Of a stretch of 64,000 bases of DNA, positions 1-9,759 are shown piece by piece. Origin of the DNA: Candidatus Parcubacteria bacterium (GTDB lineage: Bacteria > Patescibacteriota > Minisyncoccia > Phycocordibacterales > UBA918); contig JBJOPW010000003.1 of assembly GCA_046050355.1 (NCBI GenBank), positions 11,922-75,921 of the forward strand, read 5' to 3'. The notes under the pieces are model-generated. The model did not search any database and was not told the origin of the DNA. It was given only the letters and a program-made list of their open reading frames with translations. Each line of letters opens with the position of its first letter. Position 1 is the stretch's first letter. Made by a program: the position numbers and the translations under genes.

Positions 1-777
1 CAACAATTTCCGCTTCACCACGCACCACCACACCACCCTTACCGTGCGTGTAGGCATGAGAAATATCTTTTTGGTTAAAAGCGACCGCTCCCATCGGGAA
101 GTCTGGGCCTTTGACGAACTTAAGAAGATCATCGGTGGTAGCGTCTGGGTTATCAACGAGATGTTCGACCGCAGCGGCAATTTCGCGGAGGTTGTGTGGC
201 GGAATGTTTGTCGCCATACCAACGGCAATACCGAGAGATCCCATCAGCAAGAGGTTTGGGACGGCCGCTGGCAATACTACTGGTTCTTTTTTGGTGCCGT
301 CGTAGTTCGGTCGCCAATCAACCGTATCTTTTTCCAAATCCCGCAACATCTCCTCGGCGAGACGAGACATTTTGGCTTCGGTGTAGCGGTAGGCCGCAGC
401 ACCGTCACCATCGATTGAACCAAAGTTACCTTGACCAAGCACGAGTGGGTAGCGCGTGGCAAATGGTTGCGCCAGCTTCACCATTGCTTCATACACTGAT
501 GCATCTCCGTGTGGATGAAAGCTACCAAGCACATCTCCCACTACCGTCGCCGACTTTTTAAATTTGGCACTAGCTGTCAGTCCATTAAGACGCATTGAGT
601 AGAGGATACGGCGGTGTACGGGTTTGAGACCATCACGAATATCCGGCAGGGCCCGTGAAGTAATCACCGACATCGCGTAGTCGAGATATGCCCGCTCCAT
701 CTCGGAGGTAATCCCCTGGGTGACAATGCCACGCTCAGGCAATGGCATCGTCTCAGCGACTTCGGTCTTTTTTGGCA
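1..777 (-). CDS. gyrA: DNA gyrase subunit A, N-terminal part (3' end lies beyond the window start)
   Basis: Minus-strand translation from ATG (complement of 775-777) gives MPKKTEV...[31 protein letters not shown]...AAYRYTE...[14 protein letters not shown], the canonical GyrA/ParC N-terminal motifs including the active-site Tyr region. Absent from the ORF track because it runs off the edge. Confidence 0.9.
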
Positions 778-852
778 TAACAGGATATCGTTCGTCTACT
801 TAGCTAAATAACAGGCACTAGTATACCACAAAGCGCTACGGCCATGGAATAG

Positions 853-1263
853 CTAGTTGGTCGAGGAGGCAGTCACGGTAGCACTCGTGGTACCGATGAG
901 TACTGGCGCTGGGGTAGGTGTGGGTGTGGTACTCGTACCAACAAGCGTACGGATATCAATCATCTCTGATGTAGTTGCGGCCGCCGGAGTAGTTGAAGCA
1001 GCGGTTGTACTAGAGAAAGCTCCTGCCACCACACTCGCTTGCTGTCGCAATGACGAAAATTGATCACGAAAACCAGCCCACATCCCGGCAAACGGTGCCG
1101 TGCCTTCATTTGAGGCGAGGGTATCAGGAGAAAACCGCGCCGGCAGTGTCAACGCCCAAATACCACCGACAAGTAAGGTGAACGAGAGAGCGGTCGCAAA
1201 AGCCACCCGCTGACGTACGGCTTTTGGTTTGGTTCGCAGATTGTCTAAAGTTTTAAAGAGCAT
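853..1263 (-). CDS. hypothetical membrane-anchored protein with S/T/A/P-rich low-complexity tail
   Basis: 136-aa ORF with an N-terminal TM segment and a low-complexity C-terminus. No family recognised. Confidence 0.4.
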   Translation of the reverse strand: MLFKTLDNLRTKPKAVRQRVAFATALSFTLLVGGIWALTLPARFSPDTLASNEGTAPFAGMWAGFRDQFSSLRQQASVVAGAFSSTTAASTTPAAATTSEMIDIRTLVGTSTTPTPTPAPVLIGTTSATVTASSTN

Positions 1264-1279
1264 TACTGATAGTTACTGA

Positions 1280-1900
1280 CTATATTGAGAGCACCGCTAT
1301 GTCCCCCTCCATCTCATTCACATCCTTCTTTTTCAACGTGAGTTTGTCGACAGCTTTCACGTCATCAGCACCCGCTTCCTTAAGGAAGGCCTTGAGGGCC
1401 ACCGCATCGTAGTGCATCGGGATAATGAGGCGTGCCTCAAGCTTGAGGCCGAGCTTCGCCGCCTGCGGTACCTCAAGCACATCCCCGCCACCTATTGGGA
1501 TAAAGAGGATATCAATATCGCCAAACTCCGCGAGAATCTTGGGGTCAATCTCTGGATCACCGAGCGCGCCGAGGAATACTATGTTCATTTCTTCGAGACG
1601 CACTTGGTAAATGGTGTTGTAGTGTTCACCTCCAGCATACTTGGTCTTGACCCCGTAGCCACGGGCGGTCACCGTACCAATCTCGTATTCACCCGGACCT
1701 TGCACCACAAATGGTTCTTTGCTGCCATGTGAGGCATTTTCCACCCCATTAAAGTTTGGATGATTGAGTGAGACAAAAGCAACATCAGCGCCAAACTTAA
1801 CCGGACTCAACTTCGATGACTTTGCAATTGGGTCAAAGGCCAGTGTCGTGTCGCCAAACGACACCTTGAAGCACTGCCCACCGTGATATGTGATAACCAT
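1280..1900 (-). CDS. MBL-fold (UPF0173-type) metal-dependent hydrolase
   Basis: MVITYHGGQCFKV...FDP...HYD pattern typical of small beta-lactamase-fold hydrolases. The annotated ORF start (1981) lies inside a perfect palindrome and is AT-rich junk, so ATG at 1898-1900 is preferred. Confidence 0.65.
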   Translation of the reverse strand: MVITYHGGQCFKVSFGDTTLAFDPIAKSSKLSPVKFGADVAFVSLNHPNFNGVENASHGSKEPFVVQGPGEYEIGTVTARGYGVKTKYAGGEHYNTIYQVRLEEMNIVFLGALGDPEIDPKILAEFGDIDILFIPIGGGDVLEVPQAAKLGLKLEARLIIPMHYDAVALKAFLKEAGADDVKAVDKLTLKKKDVNEMEGDIAVLSI

Positions 1901-1953
1901 AGTGGCAGTAGTATACAAGAGGAAATAGAATATAGGAAATTGAATATAGAAAA

Positions 1954-2005
1954 TTTTAGGGGTCCAACCCCGAAATTTCACAATCTCGGGGTTGGACCCC
2001 TAAAA
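1954..2005. repeat. perfect 20-bp inverted repeat (hairpin with 12-nt loop), possible terminator or operator
   Basis: ttttaggggtccaaccccga / tcggggttggacccctaaaa are exact reverse complements. A U-rich tract follows on the minus strand. Confidence 0.6.
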
Positions 2006-2029
2006 TTACCCCTAACATATGTCCGACAC

Positions 2030-3000
2030 AGCCCCCCTTGCATAAATAAAAAGTTGGGAGTATCGTAATCCGTACCGCCGATCTTAAGCGCCGTAGCGAG
2101 TAGGGGTGACGAGCCCCATATAATCGCGGACGAACCAATCGTCTCTCTGGCGCCGAGTTTCTGGCGGTGTTTGCGAAACGGGAGCGAGGAGACAATCCAT
2201 GCCCGATTCGATCGACCGCGGCCATATCCGCGGTTCGCCTGCTGGCGGCCATGCCAGCACCCACGGCCACATCGGTTCCTTCGCGTCGCCTTCGACGATG
2301 GACCAGGCCGAGACCGCGCCCCGGATGTGGGGTCACGGACACTGACGCAACGTTCATGTCAAAGGAGGTGAAAGACATGAAACCGCCGGAGCAGTAGCTC
2401 AAATACCAAGTTCTTCACAGGCTCTAGCTGGTGTGACGCCAGCCTGCCAAAAACCAATCAAAAAGCTCCGACTTCCAAACATCCTTGCCATCACGCTTTT
2501 AAAGCTTTGATGGAAACAACAAGCCTACAAAGAAGGGTTCCGATTTCGAGCAAATAACAGGGAGGGTGAGGTGTTGGCTTCGGCCACACCCCCTCCGCAC
2601 AACCGCCCCAGCCTCCGGCTGCGGGTTTTTCATTTTATCTTTAACGTTCGTCATTGCGAGGAATGGAGCCGAAGCGACATGACGAAGCAATCTAGAGTCA
2701 CATCACAGATTCCTGGATTGCTTCGTCGCTATCACTTCTCGCAATGACGGGTGGAGTTTCCGACCGCTTTTCCCTAGGCAAGGCCTCGGGAACCGTATCC
2801 TATTTACAGTTTTACCCTTTTCTGGTATATTCCCCGCACCGAAAGGTATTAATAGTTTCCTAGCGGCACACGTTAACCCTGGGCTCAAGCACACGGCTAT
2901 GAGATATGGTTGCCCAGACGCGTGTCGTCGGAAGTCGGACAAACACACGAAGCAAGCTTCGGCGTTACGACAGCAATTTTGGTCGTCAATGTACAAATAA
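2030..3000. other. ORF-free, GC-rich, highly structured segment: candidate large non-coding RNA of unknown class
   Basis: No credible ORF in any frame. GC is clearly above the flanking genes. There are nested perfect helices (2649-2660/2738-2749 enclosing 2681-2692/2716-2727), a UUCG-capped hairpin near 2570-2620, and a 10-bp long-range complementarity between 2467-2476 and 2930-2939. Confidence 0.3.
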
Positions 3001-3076
3001 GTACATCTCCTCTCAAAATCTTGTCGCGCCTTGAATCTTATCTCCGTGAGTTCGTCCTTTAACGCATATTAAAAGT

Positions 3077-4162
3077 ATGTCAGAAGAAGTAGTAAACAGT
3101 GTAATGCATACACTCGCCGCCAACATTCCTGATTCTCCAAAAGAGGGTCAATTAGTAGAAGGTACAGTATCAGCCATCGGCCGCGCTCGTGTCTATGTCG
3201 ACCTCCCACCATTTGGTACTGGTCTCATCTTTGGTCGTGAGTACATGAACGCTCGCGACATCCTCCGCAAAGTCTCAGTTGGAGACACCATTGCGGCGAA
3301 GGTTGTTGACGTAAACAACAAGGATGGGTACATCGAGCTCTCACTCAAGGAAGCCCGTCAGGCCCTCATCTGGGCTGATGCCGAAGAAGCCGTGAAGAAG
3401 GGTACGGTTATGAGTCTTGAAGTGAAGGAGGCCAACAAGGGTGGTCTTATCATGGAATGGCAAGGTATCCAGGGCTTCCTCCCAGCTTCACAGCTTGGAC
3501 CAGACAATTACCCACGCGTTGATAACGGCGACAAGGACAAGATCCTTATGGCCCTTAACTCACTCGTTGGTAAGCATCTCGGTGTCGTCATGATCACCGC
3601 TGACCAGAAGGAGCACAAGCTCATCTTCTCAGAAAAGGGTCACCAGGAACGTGAAGAGAAGGGCGAAAAGGTTGGTAAGTACGAAGTGGGTGACGTCCTC
3701 TCGGGCGAAGTGACTGGTGCTGTTGACTTTGGCGTCTTTGTGAAGATTGAACAGGGTCTTGAAGGCCTCGTTCACATCTCTGAACTTGATTGGGGTCTTG
3801 TTGAAAATACTCGCGCCCTCTACAAGGTTGGCGACAAGGTGAAGGTCAAGGTGATTGAAGTGAAGGATGACAAGATTTCTCTCTCAATCAAGCAGCTCCG
3901 TGAAAACCCATGGACTGATGCCGCTCAAAAGTTCGCCAAGGATCAGGTCGTACCAGGTGTTGTTATCAAGTACAACAAGCACGGTGCGCTTGCGTCTATC
4001 CAAGAAGGTGTTGCTGGTCTCGTCCATATCTCTGAATTCGAATCAGAAGAAAAGATGAAGGCTACCCTCTCACTTGGTGGTGTCTACAAGTTCAAGATTT
4101 CTCTCTTTGAGCCATCTGAACAGCGTATGACGTTGACCTTCAAAGATGTAGCTCAGAGTTAG
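3077..4162 (+). CDS. rpsA: 30S ribosomal protein S1 (four S1 domains, short form)
   Basis: Repeated S1-domain pattern: G.lVeGtV..i....vyVDL, GDV..G.V......G.FV.I..G.EGLVHISE. Confidence 0.85.
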   Translation: MSEEVVNSVMHTLAANIPDSPKEGQLVEGTVSAIGRARVYVDLPPFGTGLIFGREYMNARDILRKVSVGDTIAAKVVDVNNKDGYIELSLKEARQALIWADAEEAVKKGTVMSLEVKEANKGGLIMEWQGIQGFLPASQLGPDNYPRVDNGDKDKILMALNSLVGKHLGVVMITADQKEHKLIFSEKGHQEREEKGEKVGKYEVGDVLSGEVTGAVDFGVFVKIEQGLEGLVHISELDWGLVENTRALYKVGDKVKVKVIEVKDDKISLSIKQLRENPWTDAAQKFAKDQVVPGVVIKYNKHGALASIQEGVAGLVHISEFESEEKMKATLSLGGVYKFKISLFEPSEQRMTLTFKDVAQS

Positions 4163-4184
4163 GTACTAACTCTCGCACAACAAA

Positions 4185-4207
4185 CCCCCGCGCCACAGGC
4201 GCGGGGG
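4185..4207. terminator. bidirectional rho-independent terminator between rpsA and pth
   Basis: cccccgcgcc-acag-gcgcggggg with A-run upstream and T-run downstream. Confidence 0.7.
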
Positions 4208-4215
4208 TTTGTTTG

Positions 4216-4800
4216 TTAGTTAAAACGGTTCATCGCGCGCTCCTTCCCTTCGGTCACCAAGGAGACAATCGCCTCAACCACCACCGGATACAGTGCTGTG
4301 TAGATTTCGTTTTCTTCGAGACTAATTTTACCAAGGACATATTGGGCCAGTTCCTCGCTCGTTGGTCGTATCGCCTGCCCCGTCTCACTACCGCGCGCTG
4401 CCACCCCAATCCGTACCCGGACGAAGTCTTTTGTCCCCAAGGTATCGATAATCGACGTCACGCCATTGTGACCACCAGCTCCATTACCAAACGAGATCTT
4501 AAAATCCCCCGCTGGTAGATCAACATCGTCATAGATAACGATGAGTTGGTTGTGTTCCCCTTTTTTGACGAGCTTTTTGACCGCATCCCCCGACTTATTC
4601 ATAAAGGTCTCTGGGTAGAGGACCGTGATAGCATACTCGCCAATGGTGCCTTCACTCACGCGCCCAAGATATTTTTTGCTTGGCATAGCCTCCGGCATAT
4701 CAAAGGCGGTCAGAAGCACGTCACATACGAGCCAACCGATATTGTGCCGCGTGTACTGGTATTTTGCTCCTGGATTCCCGAGCCCGACGATGTAGAACAT
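4216..4800 (-). CDS. pth: peptidyl-tRNA hydrolase
   Basis: MFYIVGLGNPG.KY..TRHNIG N-terminus, diagnostic of Pth. Confidence 0.9.
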   Translation of the reverse strand: MFYIVGLGNPGAKYQYTRHNIGWLVCDVLLTAFDMPEAMPSKKYLGRVSEGTIGEYAITVLYPETFMNKSGDAVKKLVKKGEHNQLIVIYDDVDLPAGDFKISFGNGAGGHNGVTSIIDTLGTKDFVRVRIGVAARGSETGQAIRPTSEELAQYVLGKISLEENEIYTALYPVVVEAIVSLVTEGKERAMNRFN

Positions 4801-4822
4801 GATGAGAATATTGTATCACGCA

Positions 4823-5452
4823 CTATTTCTTGCGAGCGATGATTTCAAATTCATGCCAGTGTTTTGGTGCTCCGAGTGCTGTTGTATCATCCCGCTCCAC
4901 TTCATTAAAATAGAGTATCTCCCAATCAGCAAAAAGTGCCTGGCATTCGTCTTGAGTACAAAAGGTTTTGATACCATCACCGTTATTCCACCCATCTCGG
5001 TCACCAAAGATGTTACCAACAAAAATCCCTCCAACCCGGACGGACCGTAATATTTGATTAAACACCGTCGGGAACTCAACTGGAGGAATAAATGAGAAGG
5101 CATATTGCCCAGTTACAAGATCGAAACGTTCTTGACCATAGTCATATGTCCCAAAACCAACACATTCGAACTGAAATCGACTATCCGTGATAGTGCTCGC
5201 AATTTCCTGACTGGCTTCATCAGCATCAAAGGCATAAACTCTGTCAAAGCCCGCTTGTAACAAGTATTGCGAATCGACCAAAGCACCCGCGCCAACATCA
5301 AGTGCCACACCACGTTCATTAACAAACGGGAGTGCCTGCACGAGCAGCGGTCGTGGTGGGTTAGTCTTCGTTTTTTCGTAATATTTGCGCCAAGAATATT
5401 GCATAGATACGCAGTCTATCACCCACAAAAAAGTTTTACCATCCTGACCCAC
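4823..5452 (-). CDS. class I SAM-dependent methyltransferase
   Basis: LDVGAGALVD glycine-rich SAM-binding motif I followed by an acidic motif II (AFDAD). Confidence 0.65.
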   Translation of the reverse strand: MGQDGKTFLWVIDCVSMQYSWRKYYEKTKTNPPRPLLVQALPFVNERGVALDVGAGALVDSQYLLQAGFDRVYAFDADEASQEIASTITDSRFQFECVGFGTYDYGQERFDLVTGQYAFSFIPPVEFPTVFNQILRSVRVGGIFVGNIFGDRDGWNNGDGIKTFCTQDECQALFADWEILYFNEVERDDTTALGAPKHWHEFEIIARKK

Positions 5453-5531
5453 TCATGCACACTAGTCACTCAAAATGAAAAATTTGTTTTTCATTTTGTA
5501 TCGAGTATAATGATGATAATCATTCACCACT

Positions 5532-6167
5532 ATGTCTTTGTTCTCTCGTACACCAGCACCAGAAATTATTACAACTGCTGACGATGCGGTGGTAATACCA
5601 CCACAGAGTGAGCATCCACTCATCGAAATCTTCCGCTTCACACTTATTGCCCTCGTCATCGTTATACCAATCCGCTTATTTGTCGCCCAACCATTCATCG
5701 TTTCTGGTGCCTCAATGGATGACACCTTTGAGAGTGGTCAATACCTTATCGTTGATCAAGTCAGCTACAAACTTCACGAACCTAAGCGTGGCGACGTCAT
5801 CATCTTCCGCTACCCGAAGGACCCGTCAAAATTCTTTATTAAGCGGGTCATTGGCCTCCCAGGCGATACAGTCACAATCGAAAGTAGTACGGTCACCATC
5901 AAAAACGAAGCGAACCCTGAAGGCTTCACGCTCGACGAACCCTATATCAAGAGTATGCGCAACCGTAGCGATATGACCGAAACCTTAGGCGAACGCGAAT
6001 ACTTTGTCATGGGTGACAATCGCGACCAAAGCTCAGACTCCCGTGTTTGGGGAGTCCTCCAGGAAGAACGCATCATCGGCCGTGCTTTTGTCCGCCTCTT
6101 CCCACCAAATACCTTTGATTACCTACCTGGTGAAGCCCGGTACGACGTTATTACAAGCACACCATAA
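5532..6167 (+). CDS. lepB: signal peptidase I
   Basis: GASMDDTF (catalytic Ser box), KRVIGLPGD, GDNRDQSSDSR boxes. Confidence 0.9.
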   Translation: MSLFSRTPAPEIITTADDAVVIPPQSEHPLIEIFRFTLIALVIVIPIRLFVAQPFIVSGASMDDTFESGQYLIVDQVSYKLHEPKRGDVIIFRYPKDPSKFFIKRVIGLPGDTVTIESSTVTIKNEANPEGFTLDEPYIKSMRNRSDMTETLGEREYFVMGDNRDQSSDSRVWGVLQEERIIGRAFVRLFPPNTFDYLPGEARYDVITSTP

Positions 6168-6178
6168 CAAAGATACGT

Positions 6179-7348
6179 ATGCGCATCACTCATAGTCCAA
6201 CCGAATTTTTGAAAATTGCAGCCGAAACCGCTGAACATTTTGGATTCAAAACTATCGAAGCGCTCCGTCAGGATCCAGCCTGTATCAACTGTACTGTCCC
6301 ACTCTCGCATACGGTATCTGAAGCTGATCACGGACTTGATGCGGTAAACGGCCACCTCTCACGCGCGGTATTAACCTATTGCGAAGCGGGTCTCCATGCC
6401 TATGGCAAACCAGTCTTCCTCTATACAGTAGATGTCACACAAGACAGTAATGAGACTGCCGTTTCATTCCACATCTTCAATGTTGAAAAAAGTATTGCTG
6501 AAGCAATCCTCATTCATACGACAAAAGCGCTCGCGAGTGAACTTGGACATAATGACCACGTAGTCCGTATCAATAGCCTTGGAGACACCGAATCAGTTAC
6601 TCGGTATAGTCGTGAACTAACAAACTTCCTGCGCAAGCGACTTGATCTCCTACCCCCAAACGCCCGAGAGCAGATGAAAGTCCATGCAATGTTAGCACTT
6701 CAAAGCCTGGTAGCAGAAAATCACGACCTGGCATACAAAACCCCAAATCCCCTTGAATACCTCAGTGACCAGAGCCGCAAACACTTCCGCGATATCATCG
6801 AGTATCTCGATATGAGTGGCACCGCTTACGAGATTGACCCTAAAATGCTCGGACACCACGAATACTACAGTGATGCACTCTTCTCGATTGATAGCGACCA
6901 AGACAGTGATGGCGCCCCACTTATCATTCAGGGTGGACGTTTTGACACCTTCCTCGAACGGAAGACCAAGCGGAAGACCGGCGGCGTTGGTGCGGTGGCT
7001 ATCCTCCGCGAACGACCAGCTCCGAGTCGTATTCCTAGGGCAAAGGTAGAAACCCCAAACACCTACATTATCCAACTTGGCTTTGGACCAAAAGTCCGTA
7101 GTCTTATGATTATTGATGAGCTCCGTCGTGCCGGTATTAGCATCATGCAAGATCTCGCAAATGATTCTCTATCCGCTCAGCTTCGCGATGCTGAGACTCG
7201 TGGCGTCAAGCACGTTATCATTATTGGCCAGAAGGAGTTTGTCGATGGTACAGTCATTCTCCGCGATATGGACGCCCGCAAGCAGGAGGCTATCGCAATG
7301 GACAGCCTCGTGAAGCGCCTGAAGCGCGCCGCAATGGTGAACGTCTAA
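6179..7348 (+). CDS. hisS: histidyl-tRNA synthetase (short class II aaRS, HisRS-like)
   Basis: GGRFD (HisRS GGRYD motif) plus a C-terminal class II anticodon-binding domain pattern (IIQLG...HVIIIGQKE...VILRDM). Confidence 0.7.
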   Translation: MRITHSPTEFLKIAAETAEHFGFKTIEALRQDPACINCTVPLSHTVSEADHGLDAVNGHLSRAVLTYCEAGLHAYGKPVFLYTVDVTQDSNETAVSFHIFNVEKSIAEAILIHTTKALASELGHNDHVVRINSLGDTESVTRYSRELTNFLRKRLDLLPPNAREQMKVHAMLALQSLVAENHDLAYKTPNPLEYLSDQSRKHFRDIIEYLDMSGTAYEIDPKMLGHHEYYSDALFSIDSDQDSDGAPLIIQGGRFDTFLERKTKRKTGGVGAVAILRERPAPSRIPRAKVETPNTYIIQLGFGPKVRSLMIIDELRRAGISIMQDLANDSLSAQLRDAETRGVKHVIIIGQKEFVDGTVILRDMDARKQEAIAMDSLVKRLKRAAMVNV

Positions 7349-7452
7349 CATCCATTCCAGCTAACAGACAAAAGTCGGGGCAACGCTCCGGCTTTTTGTC
7401 TGTTCTACCACCTTGCAGTTACTCGCGCCCTATGGTATTCTATCGCCCACAT

Positions 7453-7701
7453 ATGGCAACAAACGTAGCAGTCGCTAAGAATAACAACGAAAGTAGCGCA
7501 AACGTCATCCGACGCTTCCAAAAGCGTGTTCAGGGTGCAGGTATTATCCAGAAAGTTCGTGGTGGTCGTTACCATACACGCATAAAGAGTCGCAACGTAC
7601 AGAAATTTGGTCGTTTGAAGAAGCTGGCCAAAAAAGAAACCTACGAGGAGCTCTTGAAGCTTGGTAAGGTCCAAGAACGTACTCGCGGACGCCGCGGTTA
7701 A
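7453..7701 (+). CDS. rpsU: 30S ribosomal protein S21
   Basis: V.V..NE....ALRRFQKR....G......R...Y.....R...KK....K pattern, basic C-terminus, followed by a strong terminator. The ATG at 7453 is preferred over the upstream 7396 start. Confidence 0.65.
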   Translation: MATNVAVAKNNNESSANVIRRFQKRVQGAGIIQKVRGGRYHTRIKSRNVQKFGRLKKLAKKETYEELLKLGKVQERTRGRRG

Positions 7702-7710
7702 GCATCAAAA

Positions 7711-7742
7711 ACACCACCTCCCTACAGGAGGTGGTGTTTTTA
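7711..7742 (+). terminator. rho-independent terminator after rpsU
   Basis: acaccacctcc-ctaca-ggaggtggtgt followed by TTTTT. Confidence 0.8.
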
Positions 7743-7845
7743 GAATCAAGGGTTCTTTCTTTTGCGGTTCTAAGTGAGCTGGGTTCTGCGACTCACAGGA
7801 CTGGCCTTATAAAAGTGTGCGGAAAATGGCATACTACTTGTATCT

Positions 7846-8226
7846 ATGTCTACTTTTGCGATTGCAAGCACGGTAAAGTCGTACCCAACGTTTCAATACG
7901 AAACGATGAAAAACGATATCCTTGGAAAACGCTATAATCTCTCGCTCCAATTTGTCGGGCCAACCCGCGCAGCGCAGCTAAATACAACCTACCGCCAAAA
8001 AACCTACACCCCAAACGTTCTCTCCTTCCCCTTGACCCCCGACACCGGCGAAATCTTCATCTGCCCGCAGGTAGCGGTCAAAGAAGCTGCGAAGTACAAT
8101 CTCTCACAAAGTGGCTATGTGGCCTACCTCTTCATCCATGGCCTCCTCCACCTCAAAGGACTTGATCATGGAGACGAAATGGACAAGCAAGAGAAGCGTT
8201 ACCTCCGTAAGTACGACATCGCCTAA
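7846..8226 (+). CDS. ybeY: rRNA maturation endoribonuclease YbeY
   Basis: HGLLHLKGLDH zinc-binding motif (H..LHL.G.DH) and an upstream NVLSFP box. Confidence 0.85.
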   Translation: MSTFAIASTVKSYPTFQYETMKNDILGKRYNLSLQFVGPTRAAQLNTTYRQKTYTPNVLSFPLTPDTGEIFICPQVAVKEAAKYNLSQSGYVAYLFIHGLLHLKGLDHGDEMDKQEKRYLRKYDIA

Positions 8227-8229
8227 TCT

Positions 8230-9399
8230 ATGTCAGAACACATTATCACCGGCATTGATGTAGGCACCTTCCAAGTGAAGGTGGCGATTGTACGTGTCCC
8301 AAAACTCAAAGGTGAACGTGGATTACCGCAGATTATTGGCACTGGTTTTGCCGAGAGTCGCGGACTCCGCAATGGCTACATCATTAGTGAAGCTGACGTC
8401 GTACGCAGCATCAGAAGTGCTGTCGCCCAAGCCGAGAAAGCCGCCGGAGTAGATGTGAAGCGGGCCTACGTTTCAATTGGCTCAATTGGCCTTGACGAAG
8501 TAATCTCAACCGGTGAAGTGATTACTTCTCGCGCTGACTCAGAAATTACCAATATTGATATTGAAAAAGCCCAGCAAGACAGTGAGGATCGCATCATCGA
8601 CCATATCCCGAACCGTAAGATCATCCACGCTATTCCCCTACGTTATCGTGTCGATGGTGAGCTCGTCCTTGGTAAGCCCCAGGGCATGCGCGGGACGAAG
8701 CTTGAGGTAGACACCCTTTTCATCACCACCTTCGAGCAGCATCTGAATGATCTCATTGGTGCGGTCGAGCGTACCGGTATCTATGTCGAAGATGTGATGG
8801 CTTCTCCACTGGCCGCCTCCTTTGTCATCCTCTCAAAGGCTCAACGTCGCGCTGGTTGTATCCTCGCGAACATCGGCGCTGAAACAGTCTCAACCGTCGT
8901 TTTTGAGGACATGACACCCGTCTCACTGAAGGTCTTTCCGGTTGGTGCCAACGATATCACCAACGACATCGCGCTTGGACTTCGCATTCCACTTGAAGAA
9001 GCCGAAAAAGTAAAGCGCGGTGGTATGACCACGACCACCATCCCGAAAAAGAAACTTGAGGAGATTATTAATGCGCGCCTTAATGACATCTTTGAACTCA
9101 TTAGTCTTCATTTGAAGAAAATCAAAAAAGACGGACTCCTCCCCGCTGGCATCATCCTCACTGGTGGTGGCGCCACTACGCTTGGTATCCAAGAGCTCGC
9201 CCGCAACACCCTCAATCTCCCTGCTCGTATTGCCACCCTTGAGTTCGGTAAGAACACCAAAGTCCGCGACGCCTCCTGGGCAGTCGCCTACGGCCTCTGT
9301 ATGCTCGGTGCTAGTGATGGTGAGGAGACGACCGCAATTGGGGTAGTGAAGCAGACGAAACGAACTATTCTAGACTGGCTCTCCCAATTCCTCCCCTAG
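8230..9399 (+). CDS. ftsA: cell division protein FtsA
   Basis: GIDVGT actin-fold N-terminus, ~390 aa, immediately upstream of ftsZ. Confidence 0.85.
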   Translation: MSEHIITGIDVGTFQVKVAIVRVPKLKGERGLPQIIGTGFAESRGLRNGYIISEADVVRSIRSAVAQAEKAAGVDVKRAYVSIGSIGLDEVISTGEVITSRADSEITNIDIEKAQQDSEDRIIDHIPNRKIIHAIPLRYRVDGELVLGKPQGMRGTKLEVDTLFITTFEQHLNDLIGAVERTGIYVEDVMASPLAASFVILSKAQRRAGCILANIGAETVSTVVFEDMTPVSLKVFPVGANDITNDIALGLRIPLEEAEKVKRGGMTTTTIPKKKLEEIINARLNDIFELISLHLKKIKKDGLLPAGIILTGGGATTLGIQELARNTLNLPARIATLEFGKNTKVRDASWAVAYGLCMLGASDGEETTAIGVVKQTKRTILDWLSQFLP

Positions 9400-9759
9400 A
9401 ACCAATGAATCGACCTCATCTTCTTTGTTGTCTTCAACTTTGAAGTATTCGTCGTAGCAATAAGTACGTCTCACACTTCAAAGTCTCGACGTCGCGAATC
9501 TGAGGCCGCTCATTGATTCTAGTTTTCAATACCGAGTGCTTTGATATTTTTATTTAGTAAGAAACACAGTCTCAAAAAAACCGTTTTAAAATAACATTTT
9601 TTATATTAGTCAAAAACACGAAAGTCAGGATAGTCAATATAGTGACAGGTAGTTTTATTCCCTGTATGATGGTGACACCTAGAGGCAACGTGCGTTAGAC
9701 ACTGGTCCTTCTGCGGTATCGTTTGGTTATTATTATTTGGAGGTTAGTCGCAACTTATT

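Noticed and set aside
44-561. Plus-strand ORFs 44-418, 111-305, 196-561 and minus 277-462
   Set aside because: All lie inside the minus-strand frame that encodes an unmistakable GyrA N-terminus. They have no motifs and odd composition.
1956-2996. ORFs 1956-2402(-), 2167-2397(+), 2171-2371(+), 2499-2690(-), 2703-2996(-) in the GC-rich segment
   Set aside because: Arg/Pro/Gly-rich low-complexity translations typical of reading through GC-rich structured RNA. There is no SD or start context and they overlap perfect hairpins.
2030-3000. Attempt to assign the structured segment to RNase P RNA or tmRNA
   Set aside because: Apart from the AAACUCCACCCG 12-mer plus hairpin on the minus strand, I could not find the P4 strands (GGAAAGUCCGGGCUCC / ACAGAACCCGGCUUA) in the required order. 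There is no tRNA-like T-arm/acceptor or tag ORF for tmRNA. It is left as an unclassified candidate ncRNA.
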